Positions 12,481 through 22,661 of a DNA stretch of 64,000 nucleotides are shown piece after piece. The notes under the pieces are model-generated. The model was not told the origin of the DNA. It did no database searches and worked only from the letters and a program-made list of their open reading frames with translations. The number at the start of each line of letters is the position of its first letter. The first letter of the stretch is position 1. This DNA comes from Rebecca billardiae RCC1528 (taxonomy: Eukaryota; Protista; Haptophyta), in contig OZ251222.1 of the NCBI GenBank assembly GCA_965240325.2, positions 3,720,001-3,784,000 on the forward strand. Direction: 5' to 3'. Position numbers and translations under genes: made by a program.

Positions 12481-12936
12481 TACCTAGTCGCCTGTTCGAA
12501 TCCCACTACCGACGTGCCACAAAAAGTTCTTGCCCACTCTCCGGCTCCCCGCGAGAGCCTTACGGCCCGGGGGGAGGAAGACGAGCCGGAGACGACGAAG
12601 AATCGAACAGAAATCGGACAACGACCCACCGCCGACAGAAGACGAGCACGGCTCACAAGAAGCGCAGCCCCCGGGCGAGTCACACCCGGGTCAACAACAA
12701 CGCTACAACAACGAGCCTCAAGAAGCCACAGCAGCAGAAGGGCTCACCGCCCACACACACACAGAAGCCGGAGCCTCTACGAAGCCACACAGCGCAGACG
12801 AGCACGCAGGGCGGACACCCGGGACAGACCGGGCGGGGAAGGAACAACCTCGTCAACAAATCCGGAGTCGGACGTCTGTCGGTAGACTGGGACGGACTAC
12901 AGCCCCTCGCGGGGTGTCCCCAGGTGACCTCGGTTA

Positions 12937-13029
12937 TGACAAATCGGATGAAAACCCGTTTGTCCGACTGAGCTATCGGCTTGCGCAAGCCGATAGCTCA
13001 GTCGGACAAACGGGTTTTCATCCGATTTG

Positions 13030-13032
<3 letters not shown>
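12937..13032. repeat. Perfect 96-bp palindrome (copy 2)
   Basis: Identical to 9532-9627. Confidence 0.97.

Positions 13033-13094
<62 letters not shown>
13032..13094. repeat. (ATT)21 microsatellite
   Basis: Direct reading. (TA)n tracts also lie near 9515, 13118 and 13539. Confidence 0.95.
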
Positions 13095-14922
13095 TTCGGC
13101 GGCCGGATATTGTACAGTATATATATATATATCGAGCTTCCGCTCGGCGATGGAGTGATGGGCGACTACGAGGGGGGGAGGGACGACGGCGAGGAGCGCT
13201 GATCCTGGTGTTTGTCTCTGCTGCTCGATCTGCTGCACTACACCTACAGCTTGCTGACTCTGACGCCTGCCCGTTGCATACCACGTCCGGTTAATAATAT
13301 TAAACGACGTGGTATGCAACCGGCAAGCGTCAGGCTCAGAGTGCAGCAGACACATATAGAATGCGTCCGCGCCTTCCGACCAGGTCAGGCAGTGCGCCAC
13401 CCGCAGCCCTGCCCCCCTACGGGAGCGGGGCCGGGATGGAGCACCGCCTCGGCCTGGGGCACGCGGCGGCGACGGCAGATGCCGCCGCGGCCGAGCGCCT
13501 TCCGGAGCACTTGGATGAGGGTGAGGTCGTAGTCAATGTATATATATATATATATATATATAGATTGATGGGCCACGCGGTCGTCCTACCTGTGTCGTTA
13601 AATCATAGACTACTTCTCATAGAATGGGTCCGAGTCGCCGTGGCGGCGCGCCGGCGCGGCTTCGTCGGTCACATCCGACATCGGCCCGGACCGGCTCCGC
13701 CGGCAGACTGACCCAGGGCCAGGGCCAGGGCCAGTCCCACGCGTCCGACGCTGAGCGCCAGTATAGTTCTGTAGATGGATATACGACGCGACGCAAGTGC
13801 TACTACAACTATAGCGCTGCTCTACCGACTCTCCGAGTCTCCGGACACAATGCCGAATGCGGAAATGGCGGCGGCGGGCGGCCACGCGCGCGCACGAATT
13901 GAGTGTCAGCAACACCGCTTGCTCGCGCTCAGCGCGAAAGCATGTTTGCTCTCTCGGCGTCTGGCGGATCTAAGCAGGCTACCAGCCGTGGTATTAGACT
14001 ATTAGAGTTTAGACGTTGCAGCAGATAGATGGGGTGGACCGTGGACGGCTCGACCACGCGGCAAGGGCATGAGCGTGACCGCAACCTCCGCCGCGCCTGC
14101 GTCCGCGAGGGGGCTTAGCACCTTGACCTTGCGCGTCGCCCTGGCTCTTCGTTGGCTCAGATGTATCTACCCTACCCCCAGCGTCGCGCGCGGGCTCTGA
14201 GCCTGACGGGTGGACGTCTCATCGGCCTCCTCGTCTGCGCAGTTCGGTACTTCGGTCGCCATCATCGACGGAATCACGACTGTCGGCCAGATCGTCGAGC
14301 TCAAGCGGGCCAAGTTCGTCCTCAGATGGCATCGGGTCAATCGTCTACCTCGTCACCCATACCGATCGTACCAACCCTTCCGCTCGCCACCCTGAGCCGT
14401 GCGCTGTCGTCAAAGCTCGTGCACACGGGCGCTATCAAGAGACGAGAGACGCACGCTCGCACTCGCAGTGTCGATCGGCCTATCAATCGATCTCCGATAG
14501 CAATGTTCTGAATGTGTGTGTTACGACCGAATTTACGACCACATCGACGAGGCCGCATTGGGCGGCCGCCCCAATTCTTTCAATTGATGAGCCGCCTGAG
14601 TTTCGTCGCAGATCGCTTTATCGGCACTGCCGCTGACGAATCAAGCAGGAAAGTAATAGAGCGGGTATGATACAGGTACAGATATCATTCAGCAATAAAT
14701 CGGCATATGCTTTTTTCGAGACCGCCTCATCACCAGGATGAATATCGCACTGCCCATAGAAGGGACTTTCATGATTAGATGATTACGGAACCTGCAGCGC
14801 CGTCATAATGCCGAATCGTACTTTATGCGCCTATGCGGGAGGGCGCCGCTTATGATAGATCATATCTGCTCAAGTCGCGTGGTGGACCCACCAAACAGTG
14901 GACCCACGGCGCCCCCGCGCGC

Positions 14923-17900
14923 ATGGCAGCTGGGGTCGCCCTCCTCGTGCTCACCGCGGCCCCAGCAATAAATCCGGTGCTGCTGGGGCTCGCGCTCCCC
15001 GCCAGTCCGACGCTTCTCGTGACCGGCGAGCGGCACACGTGCCTCCTCTACGTCAACGCGGAGCTCAAGTGGTGCGCACGCGGCGACGCGGCAGCGCCGC
15101 CGGCGCGGCGATGCGCCACCCGCCGCTGCGGTCGCCCCGATCCGAGGCGGCGGTGCGCCCCCCGGCCCGGCGCGCGTCCCCGCAGCTTCGGATTGAACGA
15201 CAAGGGGCAGCTGGGCCAGGACGACACAGAGAACCGTGGCGACGAGCCCGGGGAGCTCGGCACCGCCCTGCCGTACATCAATCTCCCGACCGGGCTGACC
15301 GTCAACGACTGCAGCGCAGGCCAGAAGCACACGTGCGCGTTGCTCACGGACTCGGGCGTGCGATGGTGCGCGCGGCGCGGCGCGGGTGGATCGCGCCGCC
15401 GTCCCCCGCCAGCGAGTGCACCCGCGCACCCACCCGCCGTGCCGCCGCCCGTGCCCGCTGCCGTGCCCACTGCCGCCGCCGCCGCGCCGCGCCGCCGCGA
15501 CGCAGCTGGGGCCCCTCGCAGGATGGGAGGCTGGGCGGCGGGAACGCCATCGACGTGGGCGACGGTGTCGGCGGCTCGATCAGCATGGGTGACCCGCTCG
15601 TCGCCGTCAACCTCGGCGCCAACGCGACCGCGGCCTCGGTGCGCGCCAGCCTGAAGGGCGCGTGCGCGCTCGTCACGCAGGGCGCGACCACCGGCCTCAA
15701 GTGCTGGGGCCGGAACGACAAGGGGCAGCTCGGGTACGGCGACAGCACGAGCAGAGGGCAGGCCGCGAGCGACATGGGCGACGCCCTGCCCTTCGTCAAC
15801 CTCGGCGCCGGCCTCACCGTCACCCACTACTCGATGCACCAGGCTTCACACGCGTGCGCTGTGCTGAGCAACGGCAGCGTCAAGTGGTGCGCGCGGGCGC
15901 GCGCGCGAGCACAGCGCGCCGCGGGGCGAGGGGCGGGCGCGCGCGCGCCGCCCGCCTCGCCAGCCCGCCGCCACGCCCCGCGCTCCGCGCGTGCGGCGTG
16001 CGCTTGCGCGCGGCGGGCTCACGGCGCCGCCGCACGCGCCGGCGCGCCCCCGTCCGTCCGACCGCTCCCCGCGTACGGCGCAGCTGGGGCAGCGGCGCGA
16101 AGGGCCAGCTGGGCAGCGGCGGCACCGGTGATCTGGGCGACGTCGCCGGCCAGATGGGCGACGCGCTCGCGCCCGTCAGCCTCGGCAGCGGCGTGCTCGC
16201 CTCGAAGGTCGCGGCGGGCCTCGAGGCGACGTGCGTGCTGAGCACCACAGGGCGCGTCAAGTGCTTTGGCGACGCGGGCGCCGGCGGCACGCTCGGGCTG
16301 GGGGACACGGACAGCAGGATCACGGCGGCGGAGCTCGGCGACAAGCTCCCCTTCGTCGACCTCGGCGCAAACCGCACCGTCGTCAACCTGCAGGTGGGCA
16401 ACGACCACGCGTGCGCGCTCTTCGACACCGGCAAAGTCAAGTGGTGCGCGCCGCGCGAGCCTGCCGCCTCCCGTGCGCGCCGAGCCGCCACCGTTGAGCG
16501 TCGGGCGCCGCCGCGCGCGCCGCGCCGCGCCGCGCGCAGCTGGGGCGACGCCAGCCATGGCGAGCTCGGCCAGGGCGACTCCGACTCGCGCGGTGGCAAC
16601 GCGGGCGAGATGGGCGACGCGCTGCCCGACGTCGACCTGGGCACGGGGCAGAGCGCGACGCAGGTGAGCGCAGGCCGCTCTCTCACGTGCGCGCTGCTCG
16701 CCAGCGGATCGATGAAGTGGTGCGCGCAGCGCGCCGCAGCGCGCCGCCGCTCGCGACGTCGCGGCGCCGAGCGGGCGGCCCGAGCGGCGCGCGACGCGCG
16801 CGGCGCTCACGCCGGCCGGCGCGGCGGCGGTGCGCCCGGACCCCGCCCGGCGCGCTGCCCGCGTGCCCCACAGCTTTGGCGAGGCGAACAAGGGGCAGCT
16901 CGGCCTGGGCAGCAAGGACAGGGTGGGGGACGAGCCCGGCCAGATGGGCGACGCCCTGCCGGAGGTGGCGCTGCCGCAGACGCCGCCGTCACCGCCGCCG
17001 AGCCCGCCACCGACCCCTCCGCCGAGCCCGCCGCCACCGAGCCCGCCGCCGAGCCCGCCGCCGAGCCCGCCGCCGCCGAGCCCGCCGCCGAGCCCGCCGC
17101 CGAGCCCGCCGCCACCCTCGCCGCCGCCGAGCCCGCCGCCGCCGAGCCCGCCGCCCTCGCCGCCGCCGTCACCCCCGCCGAGCCCGCCACCGAGCCCGCC
17201 GCCCTCGCCGCCGCCGAGCCCGCCGCCGCCGAGCCCGCCGCCCTCGCCGCCGCCCAGCCCACCGCCGAGCCCGCCGCCCTCGCCACCGCCCAGCCCGCCG
17301 CCCAGCCCGCCGCCCAGCCCACCGCCCTCACCACCGCCGTCTCCACCGCCCTCGCCGCCGCCCTCGCCACCACCATCGCCACCGCCGCCCTCACCCCCGC
17401 CGTCGCCGCCGCCCTCGCCACCACCGTCACCACCGCCCAGCCCGCCGCCCTCACCGCCTCCGCCGTCACCACCTCCCAGCCCACCGCCGTCGCCGCCGCC
17501 CTCACCGCCACCGTCGCCGCCACCGAGCCCGCCACCGCCCAGCCCACCGCCCAGCCCGCCGCCGTCACCGCCGCCGAGCCCGCCGCCCAGCCCACCGCCG
17601 TCGCCACCGCCCTCGCCCCCACCGAGCCCGCCACCGAGCCCGCCGCCGTCGCCGCCACCGTCGCCACCACCTTCGCCGCCGCCGTCGCCGCCGCCGAGCC
17701 CGCCGCCTCCGAGCCCACCGCCGTCGCCGCCGCCCTCACCGCCGCCGAGCCCGCCACCCTCACCACCGCCGAGCCCGCCACCCTCGCCGCCGCCGAGCCC
17801 GCCGCCGAGTCCACCTCCGCCGAGCCCGCCACCCTCGCCGCCGCCGAGCCCGCCACCGAGCCCGCCACCGAGCCCGCCGCCGTCACCTCCACCGAGCCCA

Positions 17901-20900
17901 CCGCCGAGCCCGCCGCCGTCGCCGCCTCCGAGCCCGCCTCCGTCGCCGCCGCCGAGCCCGCCCCCCAGCCCGCCGCCGCCGTCGCCACCGCCGTCGCCGC
18001 CGCCGTCGCCGCCGCCGAGTCCGCCTCCCTCGCCACCGCCGTCACCGCCTCCGAGCCCGCCGCCCAGCCCACCGCCGTCGCCACCGCCCTCGCCACCGCC
18101 CTCGCCGCCGCCGAGCCCGCCGCCATCGCCGCCACCGTCGCCACCACCATCGCCGCCGCCCTCGCCGCCACCGAGCCCGCCGCCTCCGAGCCCGCCGCCG
18201 TCGCCACCACCCTCTCCGCCGCCGAGCCCGCCACCCTCACCGCCGCCGAGCCCACCACCCTCGCCGCCGCCGAGCCCGCCGCCCTCGCCGCCGCCCTCGC
18301 CGCCACCGTCGCCACCGCCGTCGCCGCCGCCGAGCCCGCCCCCGCCGAGCCCGCCGCCGTCCCCGCCACCGTCACCGCCACCGAGCCCGCCGCCGAGCCC
18401 GCCGCCGTCACCGCCGCCGTCACCGCCGCCAAGCCCGCCGCCGTCGCCACCGCCGAGCCCGCCACCATCGCCGCCGCCGAGCCCGCCCCCCAGCCCACCG
18501 CCGCCGTCGCCGCCGCCATCGCCGCCGCCGTCGCCACCGCCGAGCCCGCCACCATCACCGCCGCCGTCACCGCCTCCGAGCCCGCCGCCCAGCCCACCGC
18601 CGTCGCCACCGCCGTCGCCACCGCCCTCGCCGCCACCGAGCCCGCCGCCATCGCCGCCTCCGTCGCCGCCACCTTCGCCGCCGCCGTCGCCTCCGCCCAG
18701 CCCACCGCCGCCAAGCCCGCCACCATCACCGCCGCCCTCACCGCCGCCCTCGCCGCCGCCCTCGCCGCCACCGAGCCCGCCACCGTCGCCACCCCCGAGC
18801 CCGCCGCCGTCGCCGCCGCCGTCCCCGCCACCCAGCCCGCCGCCGTCGCCGCCGCCGAGCCCGCCCCCGCCGAGTCCACCGCCGAGCCCGCCGCCGAGCC
18901 CGCCGCCGAGCCCACCGCCGAGCCCGCCGCCGAGCCCGCCGCCATCCCCGCCGCCCAGCCCGCCGCCGTCCCCACCACCAAGCCCACCACCTTCGCCGCC
19001 GCCGAGCCCACCGCCGAGCCCGCCGCCGAGCCCGCCGCCATCCCCGCCGCCCAGCCCGCCGCCGTCCCCACCACCAAGCCCACCACCTTCGCCGCCGCCG
19101 AGCCCGCCGCCGAGCCCGCCGCCACCGTCGCCGCCGCCGTCGCCACCACCGTCGCCGCCGCCGAGCCCACCACCATCACCACCGCCGTCGCCACCGCCAT
19201 CGCCGCCGCCGAGCCCGCCGCCCAGCCCACCGCCGCCCAGCCCTCCACCATCACCGCCGCCCTCACCGCCGCCCTCGCCGCCGCCCTCGCCGCCACCGAG
19301 CCCGCCACCGTCGCCACCCCCGAGCCCGCCGCCGTCGCCGCCGCCGTCCCCGCCACCCAGCCCGCCGCCGTCGCCGCCGCCGAGCCCGCCCCCGCCGAGC
19401 CCACCGCCGAGCCCGCCGCCGAGCCCGCCGCCGAGCCCGCCGCCGAGCCCGCCGCCGAGCCCGCCGCCATCCCCGCCGCCCAGCCCGCCGCCGTCCCCAC
19501 CACCAAGCCCACCACCTTCGCCGCCGCCGAGCCCGCCGCCGAGCCCGCCGCCACCGTCGCCGCCGCCATCGCCACCACCGTCGCCGCCGCCGAGCCCACC
19601 ACCATCACCACCGCCGTCGCCACCGCCATCGCCGCCGCCGAGCCCGCCGCCCAGCCCACCGCCGCCCAGCCCGCCACCATCACCGCCACCCTCACCGCCG
19701 CCCTCACCGCCGCCCTCGCCGCCACCGAGCCCGCCACCGTCGCCACCTCCGAGCCCGCCGCCGTCGCCGCCGCCGTCCCCGCCACCCAGCCCGCCGCCGT
19801 CGCCTCCGCCGAGCCCGCCGCCCCCGAGCCCGCCGCCGAGCCCGCCGCCGAGCCCGCCGCCGAGCCCGCCGCCGAGCCCGCCGCCGTCACCGCCGCCGTC
19901 GCCGCCCCCGAGCCCACCACCATCACCACCGCCGTCGCCACCGCCATCGCCGCCGCCGAGCCCGCCGCCGTCGCCGCCGCCATCGCCACCACCATCACCG
20001 CCGCCGTCACCACCACCCAGCCCGCCGCCGCCAAGCCCACCGCCCTCGCCGCCGCCCTCGCCGCCGCCGAGCCCGCCGCCGTCGCCGCCGCCATCGCCGC
20101 CACCATCACCGCCGCCGTCACCACCACCCAGCCCACCGCCGACAAGCCCACCGCCATCGCCGCCGCCCGTGCCGCCGCCGAGCCCGCCACCCTCGCCGCC
20201 GCCGAGCCCGCCGCCGTCACCGCCCCCGAGCCCGCCACCGTCACCGCCGCCGTCCCCGCCACCCAGACCGCCGCCGTCGCCGCCGCCGAGCCCCCCGCCG
20301 CCGAGCCCGCCGCCGAGCCCGCCGCCGAGCCCGCCGCCGAGCCCGCCGCCGAGCCCGCCGCCGAGTCCGCCGCCGTCGCCGCCTCCCAGCCCGCCGCCGT
20401 TTCCGCCGCCGTCGCCGCCACCCAGCCCGCCGCCGTCGCCGCCGCCGAGCCCGCCGCCGAGACCGCCGCCGAGCCCGCCGCCATCCCCGCCGCCTTCCCC
20501 GCCTCCCAGCCCGCCGCCGAGCCCGCCGCCGTCCCCGCCGCCGAGCCCACCACCGTCGCCGCCACCGATCCCGCCGCCGAGCCCGCCGCCGCCGTCGCCG
20601 CCGCCGTCGCCGCCGCCGTCGCCGCCGCCCAGCCCGCCACCATCACCGCCGCCATCGCCGCCGCCGTCGCCGCCGCCGAGCCCGCCGCCGTCGCCGCCAC
20701 CGTCACCGCCACCGTCACCGCCGCCGTCACCACCACCCAGCCCGCCGCCGCCAAGCCCACCACCATCGCCGCCGCCCTCACCGCCGCCCTCGCCGCCGCC
20801 GTCGCCGCCGCCGAGCCCGCCGCCGTCGCCGCCCCCGAGCCCGCCGCCGTCGCCGCCGCCCTCGCCGCCACCCAACCCGCCGCCCTCGCCGCCGCCGAGC

Positions 20901-21708
20901 CCGCCGCCCCCGAGCCCGCCACCGTCGCCGCCGCCGAGCCCGCCGCCGAGCCCGCCGCCGAGCCCGCCGCCTTCACCACCGCCATCACCGCCGCCCAGCC
21001 CACCGCCGAGCCCGCCACCGTCACCGCCACCGAGCCCGCCACCGTCACCGCCTCCGAGCCCGCCTCCGAGCCCGCCTCCGCCGTCGCCGCCGCCGTCACC
21101 CCCACCGAGTCCGCCGCCGAGCCCGCCTCCATCACCGCCGCCCTCGCCACCGCCATCGCCGCCGCCCTCGCCTCCACCCAGTCCGCCGCCCCCGAGCCCG
21201 CCACCCAGCCCGCCGCCCTCGCCGCCGCCCTCACCGCCGCCTTCGCCGCCGCCGAGCCCGCCGCCCTCGCCGCCCCCGAGCCCGCCGCCGTCGCCGCCGC
21301 CGTCCCCGCCACCCAGTCCGCCGCCCTCGCCGCCGCCGAGTCCACCCCCCCCCAGCCCGCCGCCGTCACCACCGCCGTCACCGCCGCCGTCGCCACCGCC
21401 CAGCCCGCCGCCCTCGCCGCCCCCCAGCCCGCCGCCCAGTCCGCCGCCATCCCCGCCACCCAGTCCGCCACCGTCGCCGCCACCGAGCCCACCACCGAGT
21501 CCGCCGCCGCCGTCGCCGCCGCCATCGCCACCGCCCTCTCCTCCGCCGAGCCCGCCTCCGTCGCCGCCGCCCCTCCCCCCACCGAGCCCACCGCCGAGCC
21601 CACCACCGTCGCCGCCGCAGTCGCCCCCCCCATCGCCGCCGCCGTCGCCACCACCAAGCCCGCCGCCTCCGAGCCCGCCGCCAAGCCCACCGCCCTCGCC
21701 GCCACCCA
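14923..21708 (+). CDS. Giant surface protein, 5' part: signal peptide + RCC1/BLIP-II-like repeats + start of SPPP stalk. Exons 14923-15071, 15186-15365, 15506-15886, 16084-16443, 16540-16719, 16874-
   Basis: MAAGVALLVLTAAPA start. Repeats of H(T/A)CA.....VKC(W/F)G.N..GQLG.G....RG...G.MGD.LP.V.LG. Five GTGCGC...CAG introns restore the frame. Confidence 0.88.
16983..21708 (+). repeat. Coding (Ser-Pro-Pro-Pro)n tract, part 1
   Basis: 12-bp units with synonymous variation and near-pure SPPP translation. Confidence 0.97.
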
Positions 21709-21791
21709 GTGTGTGGGAGTATACGGTGCCGCCGCCCCAGCTCTCTCCTCCGAGCCTACGACTCGTCATCCCCGATTCTCAGTCGAGCCAC
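21709..21791 (+). repeat. PLV left TIR (83 bp), followed by TCGAGCCACA subterminal repeats
   Basis: GTGTGTGGGAGTATACGGTGCC...CAGTCGAGCCAC is the exact reverse complement of 37870-37952. Confidence 0.97.
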
Positions 21792-21932
21792 ATCGAGCCA
21801 CATCGAGCCACATCGAGCCACGACGACCCACGAGCCACCATCCCACCACCGCCCGCCACCAACCGCCGCCGCCACGCCGCCGCCGCGTTTATTTCGGCGC
21901 AATATAAAATCTTACGCACGTGTATAATACTG

Positions 21933-22583
21933 ATGCCTTGGCGTGTGACTTGCGATGCACGCACCGGAGCGCCCGGCTTCGCCGAGAGCGAGGAATACGA
22001 ATCACGCTGGTATGTGGACCTGACGGACGCCATTCGTCACTTGCTCAATTTCAGCCCCTCGGAGCGGTTTCATTGCGTCCGCCACGCCACGGTACACTTC
22101 GAGTACTCGGGCGGTCGGGCATGCGAATTTCGGGATGGCCTGATTTTCTACGGCAATAGCCTCAGGGACTTAGGCGTGAGCGAGCGCACCTTTGATGACG
22201 CGTTCGAACAGGCGCTCGGCATCAAGCCGGTCACGCTGGAGCGGGTGAAGAACGTGTATGTCCCCATCGACACGAATGTTTCCTCCGGCCGCCATCGCCT
22301 CACGCAAGAGACCATCAAGCAAAAATCAAGGCGCTTACTTCCTCCGGAGGAAGAGTTGGAGGCGCACAGAGAGGAGAACATCGAGTGCTCCGAATGCCGC
22401 CGCGAGGTGCCATTCGAGCTCTTCGCCTTCCGCCGCCGCCGAGGCGGCAGCGTGACACGCACGATGAACTGCTACGAGTGCCACCTCGAGCAGGTGCGCA
22501 TCCGCCGGGCGCGCTTCGTGAGCAAGGGCGCATCCTCGGTGGAGCGCGACGCTCAAATAAAATCGGCGATTCGCGCCACCTAG
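21933..22583 (+). CDS. PLV hypothetical protein (216 aa) with C-terminal CxxC..CxxC zinc finger
   Basis: ATG at 21933 after an AAAATC motif; CSEC...CYEC. Same frame as the upstream host SPPP ORF. Confidence 0.7.
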   Translation: MPWRVTCDARTGAPGFAESEEYESRWYVDLTDAIRHLLNFSPSERFHCVRHATVHFEYSGGRACEFRDGLIFYGNSLRDLGVSERTFDDAFEQALGIKPVTLERVKNVYVPIDTNVSSGRHRLTQETIKQKSRRLLPPEEELEAHREENIECSECRREVPFELFAFRRRRGGSVTRTMNCYECHLEQVRIRRARFVSKGASSVERDAQIKSAIRAT

Positions 22584-22661
22584 AGAAATCGGGGGGCGCG
22601 TTATTCTAGCGCCAAATAAAAATGTCAACCACCATCATAACACAAAATCCACGTTTGTAGT

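Larger units (their letters stand above)
9532..13032. mobile_element. Composite element: ~540-bp inverted repeats (9532-10068 / 12486-13032) with palindromic outer ends, enclosing a Copia fragment
   Basis: Arms are near-identical reverse complements (few SNPs, one 11-bp indel near 9690/12871). Both flanks are AT-rich or microsatellite. Confidence 0.7.

Noticed and set aside
9532-13032. DIRS-type retrotransposon (inverted termini plus internal complementary region)
   Set aside because: The RT/RNase H is clearly Copia-type with PPT/LTR/PBS, and no tyrosine recombinase is present.
12530-13400. Poly-Tyr, poly-Asn and poly-Ile ORFs
   Set aside because: Translations of the (ATT)n microsatellite.
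14210-14330. SAQFGTSVAIIDG, resembling an FG-GAP repeat fragment
   Set aside because: A single short match with no supporting gene structure.
21783-21821. Short direct repeats as a CRISPR-like array
   Set aside because: Tandem 10-mers without spacers, in a eukaryotic viral terminus.
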